This document shows, piece after piece, positions 48,994 to 59,738 of a stretch of 64,000 nucleotides of DNA. This stretch comes from Candidatus Latescibacterota bacterium (GTDB lineage Bacteria; Latescibacterota; UBA2968; GCA-2709665): NCBI GenBank assembly GCA_965219455.1, contig OZ244744.1:4672001-4736000 (forward strand), read 5' to 3'. Position numbers and translations under genes: made by a program. A model generated the notes under the pieces. The model saw nothing but the letters and a program-made list of their open reading frames with translations, was not told where the DNA came from and made no database searches. The number at the start of each line of letters is the position of its first letter. Within the stretch, counting starts at the first letter, position 1.

Positions 48994-50895
48994 ATGAGTA
49001 CGGCTCGCGCCCGTCGCGCCATCGTCGCCGGAATGGACGGCGCCAGCATGGAACTGGTGAAGAACATGGCCGACGCCGGCCACATGCCCAACGTGCGCGC
49101 CCTGATGAAGGCGGGCGTCTGGCGGCCCATGGTCGGTGTCTTCCCCACCCTCACGCCGCCGGGCTGGACGGCCCTGTCCACCGGCTCGTGGCCGGGCACG
49201 CACGGAATCCTGGACTTCAATATCCGCCACGTGGGCGAGCCCCTGGACAGTACGCTCTGGGGCATCGACACCTCGCTGTCGCGCTCGGAGTACATCTGGA
49301 ACGCCTTCGAGCGCGGCGGCCGGAAGCCGATCCTGGTGAAGTGGGAGATGTCGTGGCCGCCCACGGTGAGTTCGGGGGTGCAGGTGGAGGGCACCGGCCC
49401 CGGGGTCTCCAACCACCACCAGGTGGCGGGCTATCACCTTTTCGTCGGCGGCAAGTGGGCGCCGAGGCGGCTCGAGGCCCAGCGCGACCCGGAGACCCTG
49501 GATCCGAGCGCCCTGCAGGGAGTGCGCGAGTTCGACCCCGTGACCCTGGTCGACGCTGTGGGTTGGACCGGAGCGCCCGAATCCACGCGACCGCCGAAGG
49601 AGGCGGTCCTCACCATCCAGCCCCTGGCGAGGGGCCGCGAGGGCATGAACCGGGGCCGGGAGGGCGCCCCCGTTCCGCTGCACGCTCTGATTTACGCCAG
49701 CGGCGCCGGCGGCTATGACCGCGTGCGCCTCTGCCGGTCGAAGGACGCCGCCCGGCCGCTCGCCGACCTGGGGGTGGGGGAGTGGAGCGACTGGTGGCTG
49801 GACGGCTTCGAGATCGACGGCCGGAAGGTGCGCGGGTACGTGCGGGCCAAGCTGATCACGCTGACGCCCGAGGCCGACGCCTTCGAGCTCTTCATCCCCC
49901 AGATCTGGCCGCCCGACGGCTACACGAAGCCCGCCTCCGTAGCCCGCGACATCGACCGGAACGTGGGTAACTTCCTGCAGAACCCGGGCCGCGACGCCCT
50001 CGGCCTGATCGACGACGACACCTACTTCGAGCTGCTCGAATTCCACCACCAGCGCCTGGCCGACGTGGCCGAGCACCTCGCCGGCTCCCGGGACTGGGAC
50101 CTGCTGATGACGGAGACCCACGCCTCGGACTACACCAGCCACTTCTTCCTGCGCGCCGCCGATCCCCACTCCGGGGCGCCGCCGGCGGTGCAGCAGCGCT
50201 GCCGCGAAGGGGTGGAGCGCACCTATGCCTCCATCGACCGCTGGATCGGCCGCCTGCGCCGGCTCGTGGGGGACGACACCGCCTTCTTCGTGGTTTCCGA
50301 CCACGGCGGCACCTCGCAGCAGCACACCGTCGTCAACGTCGCCGCGGTGCTGGAGCAGGCCGGGTTCCTGAAATACGAGGGCCGCGGCCCCGACCGACGC
50401 ATCGACTGGACGCGCACCCGGGCGGCGGACGTGGGCCTGGTGCACGTCTTCGTAAACCTGAAGGGGCGGGAGCCCGGCGGTATCGTCGATCCCGCGGACT
50501 ACGACGCCGTCTGCCGGGAGATCATCCAGGCGCTGCACGACTACGAGGATCCGGAGACGGGGCGGCGTACTTTCGCCCTCGCGCTCACCCGGGAGGACGC
50601 GGAGATGGTGAACCTGTGGTCGGACCGCGTGGGCGACGTGGTCTACGCCCTGCGCCCGGAATTCGACGGCGCCCACGGCAAGCAGCTCCCCTCGGTGACC
50701 TTCGGCATGGCCGGCCAGCACTCGACCTTCATCGCCGCCGGCGCCGGTGTGCGCTCCGGGGGGCGCCTTGAGCGCCAGGTGCGCGTTATCGACGTGGCGC
50801 CCACGGTCTGCTACCTCACGGGCGCGCCCATGCCGCGCAACGTCGAGGGCGGGGTGATCTACGAGGCCGTGAAGGACCCGGACCTGCACCGGTAG
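48994..50895 (+). CDS. Alkaline phosphatase superfamily protein (type I phosphodiesterase/nucleotide pyrophosphatase)
   Basis: GMDGA, PTLTPPGWTALSTG..PGTHGI, SDYTSH, VVSDHG, DVAPT; very high GC. Confidence 0.9.
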   Translation: MSTARARRAIVAGMDGASMELVKNMADAGHMPNVRALMKAGVWRPMVGVFPTLTPPGWTALSTGSWPGTHGILDFNIRHVGEPLDSTLWGIDTSLSRSEYIWNAFERGGRKPILVKWEMSWPPTVSSGVQVEGTGPGVSNHHQVAGYHLFVGGKWAPRRLEAQRDPETLDPSALQGVREFDPVTLVDAVGWTGAPESTRPPKEAVLTIQPLARGREGMNRGREGAPVPLHALIYASGAGGYDRVRLCRSKDAARPLADLGVGEWSDWWLDGFEIDGRKVRGYVRAKLITLTPEADAFELFIPQIWPPDGYTKPASVARDIDRNVGNFLQNPGRDALGLIDDDTYFELLEFHHQRLADVAEHLAGSRDWDLLMTETHASDYTSHFFLRAADPHSGAPPAVQQRCREGVERTYASIDRWIGRLRRLVGDDTAFFVVSDHGGTSQQHTVVNVAAVLEQAGFLKYEGRGPDRRIDWTRTRAADVGLVHVFVNLKGREPGGIVDPADYDAVCREIIQALHDYEDPETGRRTFALALTREDAEMVNLWSDRVGDVVYALRPEFDGAHGKQLPSVTFGMAGQHSTFIAAGAGVRSGGRLERQVRVIDVAPTVCYLTGAPMPRNVEGGVIYEAVKDPDLHR

Positions 50896-50973
50896 GCGCC
50901 CGGTCAGTTCAAAGGGAAGGGGCTTCTTCTTCCCCGGACCGTTGAAGCGATCACCGCCCGCCATCGAACCGAC

Positions 50974-51252
50974 ATGAAGGACGAAGTCCTGGGTCAGATT
51001 GTGGATATGGGGCTGGGGTTTTATGTCAATTCGAACATATACGGCAAAGAGTCGGTTCCGTACGGGTTCGGGCGCTACGCATCTCCCCGTGCATTTGGCA
51101 ATGCAGGATACCAGTCGTCGATCGCCTTCGTGGATCCCGATGCGAGCCTGGTTGTCGTGTGCATTTTCAACGGCACGCCTGGAGAAGATGCCCACCAGGT
51201 CCGCAATAGAGAGACCAACAGCGCCATCTATGAGGATCTGGGTCTGATTTAG
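50974..51252 (+). pseudogene. C-terminal fragment of a serine hydrolase/beta-lactamase-family gene
   Basis: MGLGF..ASPRAFGNAGYQSSIAFVDPDASL; no SxxK region upstream. Confidence 0.65.
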
Positions 51253-51659
51253 GTTGTTCAAACCGGGAGATTCCGGCCTTACCGAAATGTCGAGAGCGAT
51301 CCTTCGCTCCGTCTGAGCCAATTGAAGTCGCAACCTGGCGAAAATCGACACGACGCACGCATCGTATTGACGAACCTGTTGAACCCAGCGTCCGAATTCT
51401 TCCAAAGCGCGTGGAAGCGGGCAAATCCATCCATCGCCTGCCAGAGCTCCGCGACCCCTCCGAGTGTCCGTTTTCGGACATCACTGTATCATAAACGAAC
51501 ACCGCCTGATCGACGAGATCACCCCTCCCATCAAGTAACTTCCTGAAAAACCTGTACATTGGAATCTGGCACGGTTTTTGATAATTCTAGTTTAATCTAT
51601 TGTCTTCTGAGATTATCGATCCTCGGGGTCGCCATATAGATCAATCAGGTACGCAAGTC

Positions 51660-54077
51660 ATGTTCCGAAACGTGCTTCTCATCACCTTTCGCAATATGCG
51701 TCGCTACAAGCTCTATTCGGCCATAAATATCGCCGGGCTTGCGGTGGGGATTGCGTGCTGCTTGATGATCGGACTGTTGATAGAAGATGAACTGCGATAC
51801 GACCGGTTTCACCAGCACGCCCACCGAATTTACAGGTTTTCGACTTGGAATAGTGCATCGACTTTTGCGCATCTCGGCCCAAGGCTTGTTGAGGATTTTC
51901 CCGAAGTTGAACAGGTCGTCCGCTTGGCGCGCCTGCCAACAAAAACGTTGACTGTATACCAGGATCGGAAATTTCTCGAGGAAGAACTGTTGTATGCAAC
52001 CCCCGAATTCTTCGACGTATTCTCGTTTACACTCGTTCTGGGCGATCCCACGACCGCGCTGGCGGCGCCCGATGCGATCGTGATTTCCCAGGACATGGCA
52101 AAACGCCTTTTCGGCGACGCAGATCCGATAGGCAAGCCATTGCGGATATCCGCTTGGTTGGAGACAACCACGCTTCAGGTTACGGGCGTACTGGGAGACC
52201 TCCCCCGCCACTCTCATATAGAATTCCGGGGGCTTATCTCCTATGCAGCATATTCCAGTGGTGAACGAAAGTTTTCAGGCGCCTACACGTATCTCCTCCT
52301 GGACGATAAGGTAAAGACACAGAAATTGGTTGACAAACTCCGCGACTGGCTGCCTCATCAGTTTACCGCCAACGAGGATGACGACAAATCCGCCGCCAGC
52401 GCGTCCACTTCCTCTAGACCATTCCGGCTGATGCCACTTACAGATATCCATTTGCATTCTCATATGGAGCAGGAACTGGGCGCCAATCGCGACATTAATG
52501 AATTGTACTTGTTTGGTTCTGTGGGAGTTCTCATCCTGCTGATTGCCTGCGTGAACTACATGAATATGGCCACGGCGCGTTCAGCCAACCGGGCCCGGGA
52601 AGTGGGGCTGCGCAAGGTCGTGGGTGCCGACCGCGGGCAATTGATCCGGCAATTCATGGGCGAAGCCGTTTTTGTCACCATACTTGCATTTGCCGGTGCC
52701 GTAATCCTTACAGAGATGTTTCTTCCGATCCTGAATGCTGCGGTCGGCAAGTCCCTTGGCATAACTTACGGCGGCCGTTTCTTTTGTATCCTGGCTGCGG
52801 CGGCACTCGCGGTCGGGGCACTAGCAGGAAGCTATCCGGCATTCTTCTTGTCGCGTTTTCGCCCCATAGAGATGCTAAAGGACCTTTCAACAACCACACA
52901 CAGGAGCGCAGGATTTCGCAAGAGTCTTGTGGTCATCCAGTTCGTAATCTCAATTGGCCTGATCGGTACGACAGCCGTGGTGATGAGACAGTTGCATTTC
53001 ACAAAGAACAAGAATCTGGGCTTTGATACACGTAATGTGGTTGTACTCGATACGGAGGGAATCGAGTGGAATGTGTATTCCGCGGAGCATCGTTTCCGTA
53101 CTATAAAAGACGAACTGAAGCGGCACCCGGACATCCTCAATGTGTCACTGGCCTCTGTCGTTCCGGGCCAGGACTATTTGCCCAGATCACAGTATACCCT
53201 GATCGACTCGCCTGGCAGCCAACCGAAGTCCATCAAGACAGTGTATATCGATCAGGACTACCTGGAGACGATGGGTATTGAACTTATCGCCGGGCAGAAT
53301 TTTGCGTCCATTTTCGCCAAAAAATCGAATGACGGTGTCATTCTCAATGAATCAGCGGCGGGAGAGATGGGTATCGGTAGTACAACCGGTCAGAGGGTGC
53401 ACATGAAGTTCTGGATGATTGAAACGACTGGCACTATTGTGGGTATTGTGCGAGACTTCCATATTCGGTCGCTGCATCACAGAATCGAACCATTGGCGTT
53501 ACGATTAAATCTTGATGGAAAGTATGTTTGGAATGCCAATGAAATTGCCGCAAAATTGCGACCCGGTACTGTCCAGTCGGCGCTGCCATACCTGAGAGAA
53601 AAATGGGCTGATTTTGCCCCCTCACAATACTTTCGCTATACCTTTCTCGACGCCTATTTTGATTTCGATCAGTTATATCAAAAGGAAACGCGACTTATGC
53701 GCGTATTCGGAGCGTTCTCGGGACTGGCGATCTTTGTCGCCTTTCTCGGGCTATTCGGTCTGGCATCATTCACCGCGGAGAATCGCACCAGAGAATTTGG
53801 CATCCGCAAAGTTCTCGGCGCATCCGAGGTCGACCTCGTTGCCCTGATATCAAGAGATTTCGTATTCCTGGTGATCATTGCCATCGTCATCGCCTGGCCT
53901 CTCGCGTATTTCGGCGCGGAAACCTGGCTGCAAGACTTCGCCTATCGGGTCGACGTCGGCTGGTGGACTTTCGCGCTTGCTGGTGCACTGACGCTCGTTA
54001 TGGCTCTGTTAACCGTCGGCTGGCAGGCCGGCAAAGCCGCCCGCGCAAATCCGGCAGATGTCTTGCGACATGAGTGA
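51660..54077 (+). CDS. ABC transporter permease (MacB/FtsX, duplicated)
   Basis: INIAGLAVGIACC, RAREVGLRKVVGA, NLGFD, RTREFGIRKVLGAS, ANPADVLRHE. Confidence 0.93.
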   Translation: MFRNVLLITFRNMRRYKLYSAINIAGLAVGIACCLMIGLLIEDELRYDRFHQHAHRIYRFSTWNSASTFAHLGPRLVEDFPEVEQVVRLARLPTKTLTVYQDRKFLEEELLYATPEFFDVFSFTLVLGDPTTALAAPDAIVISQDMAKRLFGDADPIGKPLRISAWLETTTLQVTGVLGDLPRHSHIEFRGLISYAAYSSGERKFSGAYTYLLLDDKVKTQKLVDKLRDWLPHQFTANEDDDKSAASASTSSRPFRLMPLTDIHLHSHMEQELGANRDINELYLFGSVGVLILLIACVNYMNMATARSANRAREVGLRKVVGADRGQLIRQFMGEAVFVTILAFAGAVILTEMFLPILNAAVGKSLGITYGGRFFCILAAAALAVGALAGSYPAFFLSRFRPIEMLKDLSTTTHRSAGFRKSLVVIQFVISIGLIGTTAVVMRQLHFTKNKNLGFDTRNVVVLDTEGIEWNVYSAEHRFRTIKDELKRHPDILNVSLASVVPGQDYLPRSQYTLIDSPGSQPKSIKTVYIDQDYLETMGIELIAGQNFASIFAKKSNDGVILNESAAGEMGIGSTTGQRVHMKFWMIETTGTIVGIVRDFHIRSLHHRIEPLALRLNLDGKYVWNANEIAAKLRPGTVQSALPYLREKWADFAPSQYFRYTFLDAYFDFDQLYQKETRLMRVFGAFSGLAIFVAFLGLFGLASFTAENRTREFGIRKVLGASEVDLVALISRDFVFLVIIAIVIAWPLAYFGAETWLQDFAYRVDVGWWTFALAGALTLVMALLTVGWQAGKAARANPADVLRHE

Positions 54078-54295
54078 TTTCGGCAGTGCCAGGAGAATCG
54101 CTGCGTTCCCCGGCCATCCGGCGGCCTGATTCAGGATCGGTTATGGGCGAAGCCAGTTGGCGGTTTGCAGACACGCAGAGCTCCCATTCACACCGAAGGC
54201 AACCCGCAGCGCGGTTCCGGAACAGATTCCCCAAAAGCAATCTCGTTAGATTATGGGAGACTTTCTCCATACAACTGCAGGTTAGGAACGATAGT

Positions 54296-55848
54296 CCTCA
54301 ATGTGAAATAAATCAGGCGGCTTTCTGGAGCGCGTTGCAGATTTTACGGTATTGTTTTTCGGTGTGCTTGTTGCGTTGGAGGCGCAGGGTTAGACGCCCT
54401 TCGGGTCGCACGAGGTGTCCGGCTCGGTTGATGAGCTCGAACCGGAGAGTACGTATGGATTTGAGCGGCCATCGGTTGGTATTTTTCAAGGTGCGATTGC
54501 GTTTTGTGAGTCCGGTTTCGATTTGGAAGTTGACCAGGAGGTTGTGCGCGAGAATGACGAACTGTTGCCAGGCACTATTGGCGTGGTAATGGTGCGTGGG
54601 GATGGTATCGAAGCTAAGTCCGGTCTTGAGTTCGCCAATGGCTTTTTCGTGGGCACCACGGCCTGCCATGAAGCGCCAGAGCGCGCGCAACTTGAAGGGT
54701 AGATTGGTAGCCACCGCACTGTATTCGAAGGTGCCATCATCGGGATCGAACAGGTCCAACTGGTAGTTCTTTCGGGTTTGATGCATCACGCGTTTTCGAA
54801 AGATGGCAATGTTGAGGGTGCGTTTCCATTTTTTGACCGTCAGCGTTGACGTGAAGCCGTCGACGCCCTTCTCGATGCGCTGCCAGTTGCTGCATTGACG
54901 GATTTTGTGCTGTAAGTCCAGGCCTTTCCAGAAGGGTACCTTGATGGCATACGAGGCCTTGTTCTTGATGAGCGTGTTCACCACATCCTCTTTGAAAAAG
55001 GCGCCATCCATGCGGAATCGCAGAGTGTAGGCGTGTCCCAAGGTCTCTTTGATCTGGGAAAACACGTCCTTTAGAAACAGGATGGAGGCGCTGCCATCAT
55101 TGACGTTGCCTGCCCGGTTGTGCACGCCCAGAAAATGACCACTGTCGGCCAGGTAGGCGGTGATCGGATAGTAACTGGGGACTTTGCGATGATGCGGATT
55201 ATACCCGCGGCGGGCACCGCCGACGCGTTTTCCGGTGCACAAGACGGTGCCGTCCACGTCGATCGTCAATTTTCGGGCGCGCAACAGGTTGATCTTATGG
55301 GCAACCACGTCGGCGTTGAGGGCTTTCAGGGCGTTGAGACCCTTGTCGGAAAACCGTCTCAGAAACGTACTCACGCTGCGGGGGGTCGGTAGATCCGTCA
55401 GACCGCAAAACCGCTGCAGCAGGGGATCTCCTTTCAAGAAATCCAGATGCCGCAACCGACGGCCGCCTACCCACAGCAAACCCAACAGAACACGGCACAG
55501 GCTCACCACACCGAAATCGCCGCCAAAGCCCACACTGCCCAGGTGACGGCGCAACTGCCTGTTCCAATCCACGTTTCGCAAATATCGCATCAACAGTTCC
55601 AAACCCGCATACGAGGTGAGGCCTTCACCGGTGAATTCCATCTTCAAATTGTCGTTGACACGCGCGTGCAAATCCGCTTTCTTTCGTCTCACTGTACGTG
55701 GCCTTTCGTTTTGGGTTAAATGGGTCGTTTGTCGCTTCCCAATATACCAAAATGGAAGGCCTTTTCCTATTGAAAAATATAGACTTATTCGCATTCTCGC
55801 TTAGTCTTCAATACCCCGAAATTCATCAACATTATTTTCGCATTGAGG
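54296..55848 (-). mobile_element. IS1380-family insertion sequence (1553 bp), distinct from the first
   Basis: TIRs CCTCAATGTGAAATAAAT / CCTCAATGCGAAAATAAT; TSD TAGT (54292-54295, 55849-55852). Confidence 0.92.
54313..55794 (-). CDS. IS1380-family DDE transposase (true start probably near 55690)
   Basis: LTSYAGL, TIDVDGT, FRMDGAF, GRGAHEKAIGELK. Confidence 0.92.
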   Translation of the reverse strand: MRISLYFSIGKGLPFWYIGKRQTTHLTQNERPRTVRRKKADLHARVNDNLKMEFTGEGLTSYAGLELLMRYLRNVDWNRQLRRHLGSVGFGGDFGVVSLCRVLLGLLWVGGRRLRHLDFLKGDPLLQRFCGLTDLPTPRSVSTFLRRFSDKGLNALKALNADVVAHKINLLRARKLTIDVDGTVLCTGKRVGGARRGYNPHHRKVPSYYPITAYLADSGHFLGVHNRAGNVNDGSASILFLKDVFSQIKETLGHAYTLRFRMDGAFFKEDVVNTLIKNKASYAIKVPFWKGLDLQHKIRQCSNWQRIEKGVDGFTSTLTVKKWKRTLNIAIFRKRVMHQTRKNYQLDLFDPDDGTFEYSAVATNLPFKLRALWRFMAGRGAHEKAIGELKTGLSFDTIPTHHYHANSAWQQFVILAHNLLVNFQIETGLTKRNRTLKNTNRWPLKSIRTLRFELINRAGHLVRPEGRLTLRLQRNKHTEKQYRKICNALQKAA

Positions 55849-56221
55849 TAGTGACCGAAACGAAATCCGAACGGAGGCGCCATCACGATTGGAGTTGAAC
55901 CGAGAGCGGCCCGCATTCCACAGGTATCCCCGCAATTAGCCCGCCACCTACCGGATTCTTCAACCTATCCCGCCGTACGGCTCGCAAGCCATTGAATCCA
56001 GGAATTCGCCTGGATTTTTTCGTTTTTCCAGATTTCATTTAAGACATTTAATAACAAATAAATATATGTGTTCTATCCACACTTCCGAAACGAGAAACAG
56101 GGGAGGGGGGGACTTGATTTTGCGGCACGTTGAGACCATATTCCATACGTAGTCTGCAATCGCTGGACAAGAAGGACGGGTTTAACCCGGCGAATCGTCT
56201 GAGAAAACAGGACAATCCGAT

Positions 56222-57175
56222 ATGCCAGCGGATGATATCACCCTGAATTGGGCGCCTCGGGTAAAACAGGCTCGAATACTGCGTCTCTACCGATTCGCGG
56301 GCATGGGTATCTACGATGAAGACGCGCTTCAAGACGTGGGCACGTCGCTATATGCCCGTAGTGTGAACATTGCGACTGTCGCCGACGCATTTCAGTACGG
56401 GCTGGTGGCCTGTCCCCATTGCCAGATGCGCGTCCAGCGCCGGATAGATCCCCTTTACGGCCTGGGTTGGCACGGCGAACGCGGCCGGTGGTTTCACTGT
56501 CCGCACTGCGCCAGCCGACTCTTATGGACGGAATGCCGAAAGGCGCTCCGCGAAAAACCCCGCTGTTTTGACTGCCGTACGTTGATGAGGGGGCAAGGTC
56601 GACTCCGCTGCAACTGCGGGACGGAATGGGACTCCAAAGCCTATCACCGTTCCGTCGGATCGCGCGTGCGGCTTCCATGCCCTGCATGCAAGGTAATAAT
56701 TCGCAAACCGGAGGTGGCCGGGCGTCAGCGAGGAGACCGTCCAGCCGCTGATGAACGGCTTAAATGTCCCGTATGCCAGGGTACAGCCCATCACTCCGGC
56801 GGCGAAATCCGGTGCGATGGATGCGGTTACAGGCGCCGGTGGAGGGATTATCGGAAAGGCCTCAAGAAACGCGATGAGAGACTTGAATGCGGGACCTGCG
56901 GTCACGTGTTTACCTGGCAGGTCTGGCGCAAGAACGCGAAGCCTCTCACCACGGGCAACCCGCAACCGGCGCGAGACTTCGTGCGGTCCTGGCCGAGATG
57001 CAGCACACCCGAACAGCAAATGATACAGATTGACTTTCTGCTGCAGACTCTGCACGGCCGAGGCCCGTTGGCCCCGCTCTTCATTGAAGGGAACGAGCGA
57101 AGCGTCCGGGCGCTCCTTGACGAACTCGTTTCGCAAGTCGCTCCCGGGAACCAGGGAGGAAGGGTTGGCACTTGA
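56222..57175 (+). CDS. Hypothetical multi-zinc-ribbon protein
   Basis: Seven CxxC plus one CxC between helical N- and C-terminal regions. Confidence 0.75.
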   Translation: MPADDITLNWAPRVKQARILRLYRFAGMGIYDEDALQDVGTSLYARSVNIATVADAFQYGLVACPHCQMRVQRRIDPLYGLGWHGERGRWFHCPHCASRLLWTECRKALREKPRCFDCRTLMRGQGRLRCNCGTEWDSKAYHRSVGSRVRLPCPACKVIIRKPEVAGRQRGDRPAADERLKCPVCQGTAHHSGGEIRCDGCGYRRRWRDYRKGLKKRDERLECGTCGHVFTWQVWRKNAKPLTTGNPQPARDFVRSWPRCSTPEQQMIQIDFLLQTLHGRGPLAPLFIEGNERSVRALLDELVSQVAPGNQGGRVGT

Positions 57176-57268
57176 TTCCGTGGCATGTATTCTTGTTTCC
57201 CTGCATCGCGGAACTGATAATGGAGTGCGCTTTGTGATTCTTAGGAAATCGGTCAAACGGTCACTACG

Positions 57269-57742
57269 ATGATCAAGAGAAGAGTCGTACGAGCGGTGAT
57301 GGTGACGCCGGATCGCCGTGTACTGCTGATGAAGATCCGGGAGCCAGTAACCGGGTTTGAGTTTTGGGTTACTCCCGGTGGGGGCCTGGAACCCGGTGAA
57401 TCTGATGAGGATGCGCTTCGCCGGGAGGTCGCGGAGGAGACTGATGCTACAAGGATCTCTCCGGGAAAACAGGTCTGGACCAGACGGTGTGAATTTACGT
57501 GGGACCGCCGCGACTACAGCCGGGACGAATTCTACTATCTCGTACAGACCGACCCCTTCGATCCCGTCATGGACATGCAGGCGGCTCCCGGCGAGGCATC
57601 GGCCTTCCGCGAGTTCCACTGGTGGTCTATTGACGCCATCGGCAGGTCCGAAGAGACATTCTCGCCGCGCAATCTTCATCGCCTCATAGAGAGTTTAGTC
57701 AGGAACGGACCGCCGGATGAACCGACTGACGTCAGCGCATGA
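57269..57742 (+). CDS. NUDIX hydrolase
   Basis: PGGGLEPGESDEDALRREVAEET. Confidence 0.92.
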   Translation: MIKRRVVRAVMVTPDRRVLLMKIREPVTGFEFWVTPGGGLEPGESDEDALRREVAEETDATRISPGKQVWTRRCEFTWDRRDYSRDEFYYLVQTDPFDPVMDMQAAPGEASAFREFHWWSIDAIGRSEETFSPRNLHRLIESLVRNGPPDEPTDVSA

Positions 57743-57808
57743 TCGAGAGATCAGAAGCGCGGAAAATTACATGAGAGACTACACGAAACGTAACCGGGAG
57801 CGGGAATC

Positions 57809-58084
57809 ATGAGCGATGTAGAACGGTATATTGCGCGGCGAAAAAAGACCGATCCCGAATTTGCAGAAGGATTCGAGGAAGGGTATAAGGAGTTCGAATT
57901 CGGCGTTTTGCTGCGGCAGGCCCGACAGGAAGCCGGCTTAACCCAGGAGCAACTCGCCAGGTTGATGCATACAAAAAAGACAGCGATTTCTCGCCTGGAG
58001 AACCGTGCCGGAGACATTCGGTTGTCAACGCTGAGAAAGGCCGCCAGGGCATAGAGTAAAGAACTGGTATTGAACCTGAAATAG
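57809..58084 (+). pseudogene. HigA-like XRE antitoxin with a premature stop; toxin reduced to a 3' remnant
   Basis: [24 protein letters not shown]; TAG at 58052 then SKELVLNLK*; upstream 57744-57812 reads REIRSAENYMRDY..., like a RelE/HigB tail. Confidence 0.7.
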
Positions 58085-58101
58085 GCTTTGGTCAGAAAAC
58101 G

Positions 58102-58131
58102 AGCTTTCAGCATTCAGCTTTCAGCCGTCAG
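58102..58131 (+). repeat. Short tandem heptamer repeat (TCAGCnn)
   Basis: AGCTTTCAGCATTCAGCTTTCAGCCGTCAG; similar runs at 39017-39041 and, inverted, 43140-43164. Confidence 0.55.
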
Positions 58132-58516
58132 ACCACCCATCCCACAACCAGCCGGGGGTCCCGCGGAAGAGGCAGACCGCTGAACGCTTGGAGATTCGCA
58201 CGTCTGTCAACGCGACAATTCCCACGCATTACGGTGCCTGAAGGGCATGTTGACTAATCCGAAAATTGCTGCGTCCGACACAGGTACACCTCACCGCAAT
58301 CCTGCCCCGAGTCAACAATTAACAACCGCTCCCGGATCAGGACGCCTTAACCTGTCATTCCCTACCTGACCCACAAGCCCCTGAGGTCCCACACCTTCAT
58401 GGCGAGGCTTCGGAAGCGTCCAATTTCCTCACAACCGTCAATCCACCTGTTCGTTCCAGGTCTCGAGTTCAGGAAAACGTCCACGAACAATGTCTGAAAG
58501 GAGTCGTCGCGCCAGA

Positions 58517-59107
58517 ATGCAGACGCTCATACTCGTGAAGCACTCATTGCCGAAGATCGATCCCTCCGTCCCCGCAAGGGAATGGCGTCTTTCCGAGGAA
58601 GGGCGGCGGCGTGCGCGGAAATTGGGTGAGAGATTGGACAGATACGATCTCGATGTAATTGGCAGCAGTGCCGAACCCAAGGCCATCGAAACGGCTGGAA
58701 TCGCGGCCGGCGTGCTGAACGTCCCGGTGGAAGTCGTCGAGGGGCTGCATGAACATGAGCGCGAGAACGTCGGCTTCCTGGAAAAAGAACGATTCCAGCA
58801 ATCGATCAGGCGATTTTACGAGCAACCCGCCGATCTGGTTTTTGGCGAGGAAACCGCGGATAGCGCGCATGACAGGTTCTCGAAGACCGTATATGGTCTT
58901 TCAGACCGTATTCCTCAGGAAAATATCGCGATCGTCACGCATGGGACCGTGCTGAGCCAGTTCGTGAGCCGAAATTCAGATTTGGAACCGTTTGCGTTGT
59001 GGAAAGAGCTGGGTCTGCCGTCCTGGGTCGTCCTGTCCCGCCCAGGTTTTGACGTGGTCGAAATATGTCGGAGCTTCGGGGACGGGGGTTCCTCTGGTGC
59101 GGAATAA
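58517..59107 (+). CDS. Histidine phosphatase family protein
   Basis: LILVKHS, SSAEPKAIETA, LHEHER, GEETAD, IVTHGT. Confidence 0.85.
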   Translation: MQTLILVKHSLPKIDPSVPAREWRLSEEGRRRARKLGERLDRYDLDVIGSSAEPKAIETAGIAAGVLNVPVEVVEGLHEHERENVGFLEKERFQQSIRRFYEQPADLVFGEETADSAHDRFSKTVYGLSDRIPQENIAIVTHGTVLSQFVSRNSDLEPFALWKELGLPSWVVLSRPGFDVVEICRSFGDGGSSGAE

Positions 59108-59180
59108 CCGCGCTATTGGCATTCGTCGGTCTTGCCGCGCCGCAGGTTGGCTGTCGGTGGGTGGTATCTCGAGTGTTGCT

Positions 59181-59624
59181 ATGGACGGATTGAGGACTCG
59201 CAAGGCGATCCAGGCGGACGTTGACTTCGCTTTTGCCGTGAAGGAGGCGGCGTTTCGCGAATACGCCGAACAGGTCTGGGGCTGGGATGGAATCGATCAG
59301 CGAGAATTGCACGATTTGCGATTTGCATCACAGGATGTACACATCATCCAGTTTCGAGGGATCGACGTCGGCTATTTTTCCACGTCCTCGACTGCCGATG
59401 CAGTTAGAGTCCACCAGATCTATATCCTTCCTGAATACCAGCGGAAGGGGATCGGATCGGCATGCATGAGCCACATAGTCGCTGATGCCCGCGCACGGAA
59501 AATGGCGGTCAGGCTTCAGGTTCTGAAGATCAACACTCGCGGTATTTCGTTCTACCAGAGGCTGGGATTTGAGATCGTCGATGAAGATGATACGCACGTC
59601 CAAATGGTGAATCTGACAGAGTGA
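59181..59624 (+). CDS. GNAT acetyltransferase
   Basis: IYILPEYQRKGIGS, LQVLKINTRGISFYQRLGF. Confidence 0.9.
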   Translation: MDGLRTRKAIQADVDFAFAVKEAAFREYAEQVWGWDGIDQRELHDLRFASQDVHIIQFRGIDVGYFSTSSTADAVRVHQIYILPEYQRKGIGSACMSHIVADARARKMAVRLQVLKINTRGISFYQRLGFEIVDEDDTHVQMVNLTE

Positions 59625-59682
59625 ATCCGATCAGTACCAATCAAACCCACAACACAATCTCCAAAATTAGGGGACAAAAAGG

Positions 59683-59711
59683 AAAACCTGCCAGTTTGTA
59701 TGCTGGCAGGT
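59683..59711 (-). terminator. Intrinsic terminator homologous to the one in cassette A
   Basis: ACCTGCCAG-N8-CTGGCAGGT followed by TTTT on the minus strand. Confidence 0.6.
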
Positions 59712-59738
59712 CGTAGATAGCGTTATGGGATACGAGGG

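Noticed and set aside
48973-51405. 810-aa minus-strand ORF
   Set aside because: Antisense shadow of the very high-GC phosphodiesterase gene; no motifs
56522-57679. 385-aa minus-strand ORF
   Set aside because: Overlaps the Zn-ribbon and NUDIX genes, which have clear motifs
58200-58330. GTCAAC..GTTGAC stem reminiscent of a HEARO/omega RNA 5' end
   Set aside because: Similarity is limited to one short stem and there is no IscB/TnpB/HNH gene nearby
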